Shown here: positions 44,037 through 52,905 of the stretch, in pieces
Layout: each line of letters opens with the position of its first letter
How positions within the stretch are numbered: position 1 is the stretch's first letter
NCBI GenBank assembly: GCA_017503285.1
Contig: JAFVTH010000011.1
Span: 37,556 to 101,555, forward strand
Reading direction: 5' to 3'
DNA from: Clostridia bacterium
GTDB taxonomy: Bacteria; Bacillota; Clostridia; Oscillospirales; CAG-272
Length of the DNA: 64,000 nucleotides
Made by a program: the position numbers and the translations under genes
Notes under the pieces: model-generated
Database searches by the model: none
Told to the model about the DNA's origin: nothing
Seen by the model: only the letters and a program-made list of their open reading frames with translations

Positions 44037-44519
44037 ATGGCAGAGCAGAAGACAAAATACACTAAAGAGGGCTTTCAAAAATTAATTGACGAGCTTGAAT
44101 ATTTAAAGGTTACAAGAAGAGCCGAGGTTAAGGAAATGCTTAAGGAGGCAAGAGCCTTCGGTGACCTTTCAGAAAACAGTGAATATGATGAGGCAAGAGA
44201 CCAGCAGGCTAAGGTTGAAAGCCGTATTTTCGAGCTTGAGGAGCTTATTAAAAACGGTGTTGTAGTTGACGAGGGCGAGATTAACAAGAATATTGTTAAC
44301 ATCGGCTCCACAGTTACAATCAGATATAAGGACGGCAAGGAAATTACCTACTACATTGTTGGCTCTAACGAGGTTGATTCTCTTAACAGAAAAATCTCCG
44401 ACCATTCTCCAATCGGTATGGCACTTATCGGCCACAAGAAGGGTGAAACTGTAACAATCGTTAAGCCAAAGGGCGAGGAGGAAGCAACAATTGTTGCCCT
44501 CGAAAGAACAAAGAGATAA
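44037..44519 (+). CDS. greA: Transcription elongation factor GreA
   Basis: ATG behind AAGGAG. N-terminus YTKEGFQKLIDELEYLK...RAFGDLSENSEYDEA. Confidence 0.9.
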   Translation: MAEQKTKYTKEGFQKLIDELEYLKVTRRAEVKEMLKEARAFGDLSENSEYDEARDQQAKVESRIFELEELIKNGVVVDEGEINKNIVNIGSTVTIRYKDGKEITYYIVGSNEVDSLNRKISDHSPIGMALIGHKKGETVTIVKPKGEEEATIVALERTKR

Positions 44520-44533
44520 TTTGAGGAATTAAA

Positions 44534-46054
44534 ATGGCAGACATTGTAAATAATGAGGCTGCTGAGGTTCAAGACCTTAGCGAGCAGATGATTATAAGAC
44601 GCGAAAAGCTAAAGGCTCTTTGTGACGAGGGTAAGAATCCCTTTGAAATCACAAAGTTTGATGTTACACATTCAAGCGTAGAGGCAATAAAGCTTTTCGA
44701 AGAGAAGGAAGCTACCCTTGCCGAGGGCGAGGAAATTGTAGTTAGAGTTGCAGGCAGAATGATGTCCCGTCGTATAATGGGTAAGGCGTCCTTTGCACAT
44801 CTTCTTGACGGAGAGGGCAAGGTTCAGCTTTACGTTTCCAGAAACGATATTGGTGATGAGGATTATGCAGCATTCAAAAAGTGGGATATCGGCGATATTA
44901 TCGGTATTGAGGGCGTGCTTTTTAGAACAAGAACAGGGGAAATCTCCGTTCACGCAAAAAGCGCTATCCTTCTTGCAAAGTCCCTTCATCCACTACCGGA
45001 AAAGTATCACGGTCTTACCAATCTTGAGCAAAGATATAGACAAAGATACGTTGACCTTATTGTTAACCCTGAGGTTAAGGACACATTTGTAAAGCGCTCC
45101 CAAATCCTTAAGGAAATAAGAAGCTTCCTTGATAACAAGGGCTTTTTAGAGGTTGACACACCTATCCTTGTTCCAATGGAAATCGGCGCTTCCGCAAGAC
45201 CATTCAAGACACACCACAACACCCTTGATATTGATATGACCCTTCGTATCGAAACCGAGCTATACCTAAAGCGCCTTATCGTTGGAGGTATGAACAAGGT
45301 TTACGAGGTTGGTAGAATCTTCAGAAACGAGGGTATGGATACAAAGCACAACCCGGAATTTACCACTATCGAGCTTTATGAGGCATTTGCTGACTACAAG
45401 GATATGATGAACCTTGTTGAGGAAATGTACAAAATGCTTGCTGTTAAAATCTGTGGCTCTGAAAAGATAACATTCCAGGGCGTGGAGATTGATATGGGCA
45501 AGTGGGAAAGACTTACCATGGCAGAGGCAGTAAAGAAGTACGCAGGCGTTGATTATAACGACTGGGCTGATGATGCTGCTGCAAGAGAGGCTGCAAAGCA
45601 GCTCCACGTTGAGGTTGCTGAGGATGCAACCAAGGGCAGAGTGCTTATTGAAATCTTTGACGCGTATGTTGAGGAAAAGCTTATTCAGCCAACCTTCATT
45701 TACGATTACCCGGTTGAAAACAGCCCACTTGCAAAGAGAAAGCCAACAAATCCAGCCTTTACAGAAAGATTTGAGTACTTTATCAATGCAACCGAATACG
45801 GTAACGCATTTAGTGAGCTAAATGATCCAATCGACCAAAAGGAGCGCTTTGAAAAGCAGGTAGCAGAAAAGCTTAAGGAAGAGCCGGACTCCAAGGCAGA
45901 GGTAGACTACGACTACATAGATGCCCTCGAGTACGGTATGCCACCAACAGGTGGCCTGGGCTTTGGCATCGACCGCCTTGTTATGCTCCTCACCGATAGC
46001 GCATCCATAAGAGACGTTTTGCTCTTTCCAACCATGCGCCCGGAAACAAAATAA
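44534..46054 (+). CDS. lysS: Lysine--tRNA ligase (class II)
   Basis: 506 aa. Motifs RIFRNEG...NPEFT and GLGFGIDRLVM. Confidence 0.95.
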   Translation: MADIVNNEAAEVQDLSEQMIIRREKLKALCDEGKNPFEITKFDVTHSSVEAIKLFEEKEATLAEGEEIVVRVAGRMMSRRIMGKASFAHLLDGEGKVQLYVSRNDIGDEDYAAFKKWDIGDIIGIEGVLFRTRTGEISVHAKSAILLAKSLHPLPEKYHGLTNLEQRYRQRYVDLIVNPEVKDTFVKRSQILKEIRSFLDNKGFLEVDTPILVPMEIGASARPFKTHHNTLDIDMTLRIETELYLKRLIVGGMNKVYEVGRIFRNEGMDTKHNPEFTTIELYEAFADYKDMMNLVEEMYKMLAVKICGSEKITFQGVEIDMGKWERLTMAEAVKKYAGVDYNDWADDAAAREAAKQLHVEVAEDATKGRVLIEIFDAYVEEKLIQPTFIYDYPVENSPLAKRKPTNPAFTERFEYFINATEYGNAFSELNDPIDQKERFEKQVAEKLKEEPDSKAEVDYDYIDALEYGMPPTGGLGFGIDRLVMLLTDSASIRDVLLFPTMRPETK

Positions 46055-46056
46055 TC

Positions 46057-46088
46057 AAAAAAAGCCGACCCCCGTGTCGGCTTTTTCT
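46057..46088 (+). terminator. Rho-independent terminator (GCCGAC...GTCGGC family)
   Basis: The sequence aaaaaagccgacccccgtgtcggcttttt. Confidence 0.8.
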
Positions 46089-46137
46089 TGTTTTCTAGCA
46101 CCAAGACTATACCCACGTACCTAAGGCGTAGATTCGT

Positions 46138-46311
46138 TTACTTGGTGCTTTTGTTTTTGTTTGCTTTCTCTAAAACAATCAATACGCCGTTTTCTTGTGG
46201 AATAACTTGAACCATACAGTTATCCTCAAACCCATAGTGCTTGCGCACATCCTTTGGAATAACAACCCTACCTAAGCTATCAAACTTTTTGACAATTACA
46301 AAGCTCTTCAT
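46138..46311 (-). CDS. AbrB/SpoVT-domain small DNA-binding protein (57 aa), absent from the ORF track
   Basis: Reverse translation gives MKSFVIVKKFDSLGRVVIPKDVRKHYGFEDNCMVQVIPQENGVLIVLEKANKNKSTK. The LGRVVIPK..R motif is the swapped-hairpin signature. AAGGAG lies 7 nt upstream of the ATG. Confidence 0.7.
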   Translation of the reverse strand: MKSFVIVKKFDSLGRVVIPKDVRKHYGFEDNCMVQVIPQENGVLIVLEKANKNKSTK

Positions 46312-46434
46312 TTTACAACTCCTTTTTGGTTAAAATTTTAACTGTTAGCTTATTTTATCACAATAAAAGCGAGAAGTTTGTCGAATTTTGTAGTTAAGTA
46401 AAAAAATCCAAATAAAAAGGTGCTAAATAGCACC

Positions 46435-46758
46435 TTATTTTAAATTTTTAATAAATACGTCTAGTAAATCTAAAGCGGCTTTTCTTTGCTTTGGGGTTAG
46501 TCGGTCAAGTCGTTCTGTAAATTCATTATAGACGTATGGTTTTCCGGAAGAAATATTATCTCTCAAAAGGTAGTCGGCTGAAATGTCAAGGACTTCTACA
46601 ATGTCAATAAATAACGGAATACTTGGCATTTTATTTCCACGTTCGATTTCACTTACATAAACATCAGTAATACCAAGTGCTTCAGCTAATTGTTGCTGAG
46701 TAAGCGATTTTTGTTTTCTGGCTTCACGAATGCGCTTTCCTAAAGCTTCACGTTGCAT
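46435..46758 (-). CDS. XRE-family HTH transcriptional regulator
   Basis: Motif LGKRIREARKQKSLTQQQLAEALGITDVYVSEIERG. Confidence 0.8.
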   Translation of the reverse strand: MQREALGKRIREARKQKSLTQQQLAEALGITDVYVSEIERGNKMPSIPLFIDIVEVLDISADYLLRDNISSGKPYVYNEFTERLDRLTPKQRKAALDLLDVFIKNLK

Positions 46759-46772
46759 ACTGTACCTCTTTA

Positions 46773-46859
46773 AACTAATAGTTAAGATTTATACCATTAT
46801 TATAAAATAAGAAAAGGAGATATTTTATAAACAAGTAGTTTTAAAATTAACTAATAGTT
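46773..46859. promoter_or_regulatory. Two copies of the palindrome AACTAATAGTT flanking the XRE gene promoter
   Basis: Identical 11-mers (5-1-5 palindrome) at 46773..46783 and 46849..46859. A TATAAT-like box lies between them on the minus strand. Confidence 0.5.
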
Positions 46860-47008
46860 TAAATTCAAAGCTTGAAAAGGCAATAATCAAGTTGTTTTTG
46901 CCCCAAAACAACCTTTAGAATCTTTTGCTACTAAAAATCAGTTTTGAAAAGCGTTCTTTTTGGCTTGATTTGGTACAAATTCAAAAGGTTACTTGTGGTA
47001 CTAAAATG

Positions 47009-47037
47009 GTATGCCACGTATGCCAAATTGTATGCCA
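47009..47037 (+). promoter_or_regulatory. Triple direct repeat GTATGCCA upstream of the GH4 promoter
   Basis: GTATGCCA occurs at 47009, 47018 and 47030. A candidate promoter follows: TTGAAA, 17 nt, TAATAT at about 47056..47084. Confidence 0.45.
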
Positions 47038-47119
47038 AAATATACTAAAATATCTTGAAATAGTATTTTGAATATGGTAATATAAAATTACAATATTTGT
47101 AATTTTAAGGAGAACAACT

Positions 47120-48439
47120 ATGAAAGTAACCTTTATGGGTGCCGGAAGTACTGTTTTTTCAAAAAATGTACTTGGCGACACAATGCTGTGCGAGGCGTTT
47201 CACGATGTTGAAATTGCGCTTTACGATATAGATTCCGACAGGCTTAATGAGTCATACATTCTTATTTCTAAAATGAACGAATCTATAAATGAGGGACGAG
47301 CAACAGTCAAAAAATATCTTGGCGTGGAGCAAAGAAGGGAAGCGTTAAGAGAAGCTGATTTTGTAATCAACGCAATACAAGTAGGCTTATATGACCCATG
47401 CACAATTATTGACTTTGAAATTCCAAAGAAATATGGGCTTCGCCAGACTATTGGAGACACCTTGGGTATAGGCGGAATTTTCCGTGCCCTTCGTACCATA
47501 CACGTATTAAAGGATTTTGCAAGAGATATGGAGGAGGTATGTCCAAATGCCTGGTTCCTTAATTACACAAATCCTATGGCTATGCTTACAGGCTATATGC
47601 TTAGATATACAAAGGTGAAAACAATCGGACTTTGCCACAGCGTGCAGGTTTGCTCAGAGGGCTTGCTTAAAGGCTTGGATATGGAGGATAAGCTAGAGGG
47701 CAGACTTGAAAAAATAGCGGGAATTAATCATATGGCATGGCTTCTTGAAATAACAGATAAGGACGGAAATGACCTTTATCCGGAGATAAAAAAGCGTGCA
47801 AAGGAAAAAAATGCAAGCCAAAAGCATGGCGATATGGTACGCTATGACTATATTGATAAGCTTGGCTACTACTGCACGGAATCAAGTGAGCATAATGCAG
47901 AATATAATGCATTCTACATAAAGGCAGGCAGAGAGGACTTGATTGAAAGGTTCAACATTCCTCTTGATGAATATCCACGACGCTGTATCAACCAAATCGC
48001 AGGCTGGCAAAAGCAATATGAGGAGCTAATGTCCGGAGCGAAAATTGAGCATACACGCTCAAAGGAATACGCATCTCACATTATGGAGGCAATATACACA
48101 AACACTCCATATAAGATAGGCGGAAACGTTCTAAACCGCGGACTTATAACCAATCTTCCATACGATGCTTGTGTAGAGGTACCTTGCTTGGTTGACGGTA
48201 ATGGAGTAACTCCTACCTTTGTAGGCGAGCTTCCGCTTCAGCTTGCAGCAATGAATAGCACCAATATCTATACCCAAATGCTTACAATTGATGCCGCCCA
48301 TACAATGAGCAAGGAAAAGATTTACCAAGCGGCGATGATGGACCCACACACAGGCGCACAGCTTTCTCCGGACGAGATTGTGTCCCTCTGCGATGAGCTT
48401 TTTGAGGCACACGAAAAGGCAGGATATCCAATATTCTAA
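47120..48439 (+). CDS. Family-4 glycoside hydrolase (NAD/Mn-dependent alpha-galactosidase/alpha-glucosidase type)
   Basis: N-terminal Rossmann motif MKVTFMGAGSTVF. Motifs NYTNPM and GLCHS. Confidence 0.85.
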   Translation: MKVTFMGAGSTVFSKNVLGDTMLCEAFHDVEIALYDIDSDRLNESYILISKMNESINEGRATVKKYLGVEQRREALREADFVINAIQVGLYDPCTIIDFEIPKKYGLRQTIGDTLGIGGIFRALRTIHVLKDFARDMEEVCPNAWFLNYTNPMAMLTGYMLRYTKVKTIGLCHSVQVCSEGLLKGLDMEDKLEGRLEKIAGINHMAWLLEITDKDGNDLYPEIKKRAKEKNASQKHGDMVRYDYIDKLGYYCTESSEHNAEYNAFYIKAGREDLIERFNIPLDEYPRRCINQIAGWQKQYEELMSGAKIEHTRSKEYASHIMEAIYTNTPYKIGGNVLNRGLITNLPYDACVEVPCLVDGNGVTPTFVGELPLQLAAMNSTNIYTQMLTIDAAHTMSKEKIYQAAMMDPHTGAQLSPDEIVSLCDELFEAHEKAGYPIF

Positions 48440-48492
48440 ATTTATATTATGATAAAATAACAGGATTGAAAGAACCAAAAGAGGCATCTGAA

Positions 48493-50661
48493 ATGAGCAA
48501 AAGAACAAAAGAAATTCTGGCAAATATGACCCTTGAGCAGAAGATTTATCATCTGCAGCAGATTACAACTGCCGCATTTTTGACAACCAAGGAAAGTAAA
48601 TACGAAATTATAACAGGACCAAACAGCGCAGTAAAGCTTAAAAAGGATATGGTTTATGATGTTGGCACATCTCTTAACCTTGTTGGCGCTGAAACTATGA
48701 TAGATGCTGAGTCCAACTATCTCAAAAACAGCAAGTATAAAATACCTCTTATGATAATGCAGGACGTTATCCACGGCCATCGCACCCTCTATCCAATCAA
48801 TCTTGGTGTTGCCGCGTCCTTTGACAGAGCTTTGGCTAAGGAGCTTGCTGCTATGGCAGCTAAGGAGGCAGCCCTTGACGGAATGTGCGTTACCTTTGCG
48901 CCAATGGTTGACCTTGTGCGTGACCCACGCTGGGGCCGCGTTATGGAATCAAGCGGAGAGGACCCATACCTTAACGGAGAAATTGCAAAAGCCACCGTTG
49001 AGGGCTATCAGGGCGATATGGGCAAGTACAATATTGCCGCTTGCGTTAAGCACTTTGCCGCATACGGTGCAGCAGAGGCAGGACGTGACTATAATACTGT
49101 TGATATAAGCGAGCGCACCCTGCGCGAGTATTATTTGCCTGCCTACAAGAGCGCAGTTGATGCCGGAGTTAAAATGGTTATGACTGCCTTTAATATAGTA
49201 GACGGCGTACCCTGTGTAGGAAATAAGCACCTTGTAAAGGAAATTCTGCGTGATGAGTGGGGCTTTGACGGAGTTGTAATAAGCGACTATGGAGCATACG
49301 AGGAGATGATTGCACACGGTGCTTGCGAGGATAAAAAGGAGGCTGCCTTCCTTGCTATGGATGCAGGCTGTGATATCGAAATGATGTCAAGCTGCTATGT
49401 AGAGCATCTTGAAGAGCTTATTAACGAGGGTAAGGTAACCGTCGAGCAGGTTGACAAGGCAGTTTTGAGAATCCTTGATTTGAAGGAAGAGCTTGGAATT
49501 TTGGATAACCCATACCGTAGCGTAAATGTTGAGGAAGCAAAAGCAGTTCAGCTTTCAAAGGAGCATCGCGCTATTGCAAAGAGAGGCGCTGTTGAGAGCG
49601 CAGTTCTCTTGAAAAACGAGGGAATTTTGCCGTTTAGCAAGGAAGCTGGTAGTGTGGCAGTAATAGGCCCACTTGGCGCAACAGGAGCTATCCACGGTAG
49701 CTGGCATTGTGGCGGTAAAATTGAGGAAACCGTTAGCGTGCTTGAGGGCTTAAAGAGCCTTCTTGGAAACAAGGTAAAATATGCTAAGGGCTGTGCTATT
49801 GAATACGACGCAGATGATGAGTCCCTCTTTGACGAGGCTTGTCAGCTTGCAAGGGAAAGCGAGTGCGTTGTCCTTTGCTTAGGCGAGGATCAGGAATATT
49901 CAGGCGAGGGCAACTGCCGTACAAGTATAGATTTACCGGAAATACAGTATAAGCTTCTTGACAGAATTTTAGAGGCTAACAAAAACGTGGCTGTGGCTCT
50001 CTTTACAGGTAGACCACTTGCTATTAGCAGACTTGACGAAAAAGCTCCCGCAATACTAAATATGTGGATGCCGGGCACAGAGGGTGGAAACGCCTGTGCA
50101 AGCTTGCTCTTTGGCGATTCTGTTCCTTCCGGAAAAATCACAATGACCTTCCCACGCACCCTCGGTCAGTGTCCTATTTATTATAATCACTACACCACAG
50201 GCAGACCAAAGGCAGAGGCGGATGATAAGAAGTTTGTTCGCTTTACATCCTGTTATCTTGATATGCCAAACAGCCCGCTTTATCCATTTGGCTACGGCTT
50301 ATCCTATACAAGCTTTGAGTATAGCGACTTTACTCTCAGCAGCGACACAATGAACAAAGGTGATACCCTTGTGGCAAGCGTTAAGGTTAAAAACACAGGA
50401 AAGTACAAGGCAAAGGAAGCAGTACAGCTTTACATAAGAGATGTAAAGGGCTCTTGTGTTCGTCCTGTAAAGGAGCTTAAGGGCTTTGAAAAGATAACCC
50501 TTGATGTAGGCGAGGAAAAGACAGTTAGCTTTGAAATTACCGAAGAAATGCTTAAATATTGGAATCGCGACCTTAAATTCGTTGCCGAAAAGGGCGAGTT
50601 TATGGTATTCATCGGCAAGGATTCCACCTGCAAGCCGTTTGCAAGCTTTATGCTGAATTAA
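48493..50661 (+). CDS. Family-3 glycoside hydrolase (beta-glucosidase/BglX-like)
   Basis: Motifs DPRWGR, KHFAAYG and GVVISDY (nucleophile region), with a C-terminal Fn3-like domain. The ATG at 48493 behind AAGAGG is preferred over the TTG at 48466. Confidence 0.88.
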   Translation: MSKRTKEILANMTLEQKIYHLQQITTAAFLTTKESKYEIITGPNSAVKLKKDMVYDVGTSLNLVGAETMIDAESNYLKNSKYKIPLMIMQDVIHGHRTLYPINLGVAASFDRALAKELAAMAAKEAALDGMCVTFAPMVDLVRDPRWGRVMESSGEDPYLNGEIAKATVEGYQGDMGKYNIAACVKHFAAYGAAEAGRDYNTVDISERTLREYYLPAYKSAVDAGVKMVMTAFNIVDGVPCVGNKHLVKEILRDEWGFDGVVISDYGAYEEMIAHGACEDKKEAAFLAMDAGCDIEMMSSCYVEHLEELINEGKVTVEQVDKAVLRILDLKEELGILDNPYRSVNVEEAKAVQLSKEHRAIAKRGAVESAVLLKNEGILPFSKEAGSVAVIGPLGATGAIHGSWHCGGKIEETVSVLEGLKSLLGNKVKYAKGCAIEYDADDESLFDEACQLARESECVVLCLGEDQEYSGEGNCRTSIDLPEIQYKLLDRILEANKNVAVALFTGRPLAISRLDEKAPAILNMWMPGTEGGNACASLLFGDSVPSGKITMTFPRTLGQCPIYYNHYTTGRPKAEADDKKFVRFTSCYLDMPNSPLYPFGYGLSYTSFEYSDFTLSSDTMNKGDTLVASVKVKNTGKYKAKEAVQLYIRDVKGSCVRPVKELKGFEKITLDVGEEKTVSFEITEEMLKYWNRDLKFVAEKGEFMVFIGKDSTCKPFASFMLN

Positions 50662-50811
50662 GGAAAAATAAACCCATATGGAAACAAAGCCATATGGGTT
50701 TTTTGATGTAAGCTCGGTATCAGGCATAGCTTGCCCAGGCTCTGTTATTGACAAGGGGCTTTTTAGATGTTATACTGTTTGTGTAGATTAGCCTATATAA
50801 AGGAGAAGAAA

Positions 50812-52332
50812 ATGAATAAGAAGCTAATTATATTTTTCGTGGCTTTATGCGTAATAATGGCGTTTATTGTAAGCTGTGGAACAGTTCCGGAAGCACCGGG
50901 GGTAAATACCGACACAGGAAGCGGTAGCACTTATGAAAGCACACCGGACAGCACTCCGAGCAAGGACTCAAGCCTGGACACAAATACCGATATCGGTGGT
51001 GGCGAAAGCAACGACCCGGAAATCGGTGGTGGCACTCAAGAGCCTGAACCCGAACCCGAGCCCGAACCCGACCCAACTCAGGATTGGAACAAGGATGAGC
51101 ATCTTAAGATCCTTGCAATCGGCAACAGCTTTTCTGACGATACAACAGATTTTGTTTATCAGGTTGCCAAGGATGCGGGTGTGAAGAAGGTTACAGTGGG
51201 CAAGCTTTATATTGGCGGATGCACTCTTGCGACCCATCTTAACAATGCAAAAAACAACAATTACGCCTATGACTACAAGATCAACACAGCAGGCACATGG
51301 GTAGCCCAGGGTAATAAATCCATTAAATATGCAGTAGAAAGCGACGATTGGGATTTTATAACCTTCCAGCAAGCAAGCGGCTATAGTGGAATTGCCGACA
51401 CCTACGACGACCTTAGTGAGCTTATAAGCATAGTTGAGCCCCTTTGCCCCGATGCCCGTCTTGTGTGGCATATGACTTGGGCGTACAAGGTTGGCTCCAC
51501 ACATCAAGACTTTCCTAAATACAACAGTGACCAAATGACAATGTATAATGCTATTGTTAATGCGGTTCAAACCAAAATTTTAACAAATGATAAAATTGAA
51601 ATAGTAATCCCGTCGGGAACAGCTGTTCAAAACGTAAGAACCTCGTTTATCGGGGACACCACCCGTGACGGCTATCATCTTTCCTATGGCGTTGGCAGAT
51701 ATATTGCGGCAATGACATTTGTAAAGGCACTTACAGGACTTTCTATTGATAATTCCACAACAAGACCAAATGACATAGACAGCTATGAGCTTGAAGCTAT
51801 TATAGCAAGCGTTAACGATGCAATCAATACGCCGTACGCAGTAACCAATTCTTCATATCCCGTAAAGGATGCCGGCACAGGTGGAGATGATTCTGCAAAC
51901 GCAGGCGTAATTCCGGAGGGATACGTTCAGCTTACCGCTACACAAATGGGACTTGTATCGTCAAGCTTTTATAATTCCTCCTCAAACGGCAATCTTAACA
52001 GTGGAACAAACGGCTGGTACGGTGGATTTATGGCAACAAAGAAGTTTACAAGACAGGAGCTTCCCGTTGGCACAATAATCGAAATTGCCGAGGGCTGGCA
52101 GTACCGTCCTGAGGGCTGGAACTATACAGGCTCAAGACCCGACAATGTAACAGTGTTGAGAATTGTGATTGATGAGGATTGGTGGGGCTCATATACAGAA
52201 AGGGGCTTTAATATTTCTCAAGTAGGACATTCAACGAGCTCAAACAAGGTAATAAACCTAACTACCGAGCAAGTAGCATCAATGGTGTTTAAGATCATAG
52301 TTCCCGAGTCTTGTATAAACAACGCAGAATAA
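50812..52332 (+). CDS. Lipoprotein with SGNH/GDSL-like hydrolase-type domain and (EP)n linker
   Basis: ATG behind AAAGGAGAAG. Lipobox IVSC. EPEPEPEPEPDP linker. ILAIGNSFSDD block I-like motif. Confidence 0.5.
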   Translation: MNKKLIIFFVALCVIMAFIVSCGTVPEAPGVNTDTGSGSTYESTPDSTPSKDSSLDTNTDIGGGESNDPEIGGGTQEPEPEPEPEPDPTQDWNKDEHLKILAIGNSFSDDTTDFVYQVAKDAGVKKVTVGKLYIGGCTLATHLNNAKNNNYAYDYKINTAGTWVAQGNKSIKYAVESDDWDFITFQQASGYSGIADTYDDLSELISIVEPLCPDARLVWHMTWAYKVGSTHQDFPKYNSDQMTMYNAIVNAVQTKILTNDKIEIVIPSGTAVQNVRTSFIGDTTRDGYHLSYGVGRYIAAMTFVKALTGLSIDNSTTRPNDIDSYELEAIIASVNDAINTPYAVTNSSYPVKDAGTGGDDSANAGVIPEGYVQLTATQMGLVSSSFYNSSSNGNLNSGTNGWYGGFMATKKFTRQELPVGTIIEIAEGWQYRPEGWNYTGSRPDNVTVLRIVIDEDWWGSYTERGFNISQVGHSTSSNKVINLTTEQVASMVFKIIVPESCINNAE

Positions 52333-52335
52333 TAA

Positions 52336-52367
52336 GAAAAAAGCCACAGAAATCTGTGGCTTTTTTA
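52336..52367 (+). terminator. Rho-independent terminator
   Basis: The sequence aaaaaagccacagaaatctgtggctttttt. Confidence 0.85.
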
Positions 52368-52422
52368 TCTTTATAAAGCTTTCTTAAATTCTTGATACAC
52401 CTGTTTTTACAGCAGCATCATA

Positions 52423-52859
52423 AACATCCCTTGCTCTTTTACAGCAGCTTGGTGACAAAAAATCCGTAGTCGTTGTTACAAACAGCGCAAAGGCACCGTT
52501 AGTGCTTGCTAAAACCAACATAAAAACCTTTGTAACAGGTGGGGGAACTGGCTTTAGGCTCTTATGTATATATCGGTAGTTACGCCGAGGAATTTTTACG
52601 CTCCTTTAATGCTGATGTGTGCTTTTTTTCAGTAAGAACGCTAACATTGGACGGTGTGTTGACCGATAACGCCATAGCAGAAAATTCAGTCCGCAGAGTG
52701 ATGATGTCGCAATCAAAGAAAAGCATTTTGATGATCGATTCGAATAAGGTGGCAGAGCCGTGTATGAATAGCCTTTGCACCCTTGACGCGGTGGACTTTG
52801 TAGTTAGTGAGTGCGATATTTTGGATCAATTCAAGGAGCATAAAGAAAAATTTATTTAA
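52423..52859 (+). pseudogene. DeoR-family regulator remnant: N-terminal HTH missing and frameshifted
   Basis: Frame A reads ...LLQQLGDKKSVVVVTNSAKAPLVLAKTNIKTFVTGG and then stops. Frame B (track ORF 52539..) continues ELALGSYVYIGSYAEEFLRSFNADVCFFSVRTL.... The frames switch at the G-run ggtggggga (52538..52546). No start codon or HTH lies upstream. Confidence 0.65.
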
Positions 52860-52874
52860 CGAAAGCAAAATAAT

Positions 52875-52904
52875 AAAAAAGCCGACACAAGGTCGGCTTT
52901 TTTG
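52875..52904. terminator. Bidirectional terminator (GCCGAC...GTCGGC family)
   Basis: The sequence aaaaaagccgacacaaggtcggctttttt. Confidence 0.8.
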
Positions 52905-52905
52905 C

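Noticed and set aside
44520-44533. T-box or riboswitch leaders for lysS (and for cysE at 63064..63137)
   Set aside because: The intergenic spaces are only 14 nt and ~75 nt. They are too short for such leaders and show no specifier or antiterminator features.
51040-51075. (EP)5 hexanucleotide repeat, and the similar G/T/D-rich runs after the lipoboxes (for example 16590..16620, 11950..12010)
   Set aside because: These are ordinary low-complexity linkers of Gram-positive lipoproteins. They are noted but not considered a separate finding.
14259-51570. Long antisense ORFs inside large genes (for example 14259..14816, 24036..24575, 28704..29471, 30024..30524, 50968..51570)
   Set aside because: Each lies opposite a gene with strong motif support. 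They lack RBSs and have Cys/Val/Leu-rich low-complexity translations, as is typical of antisense frames.
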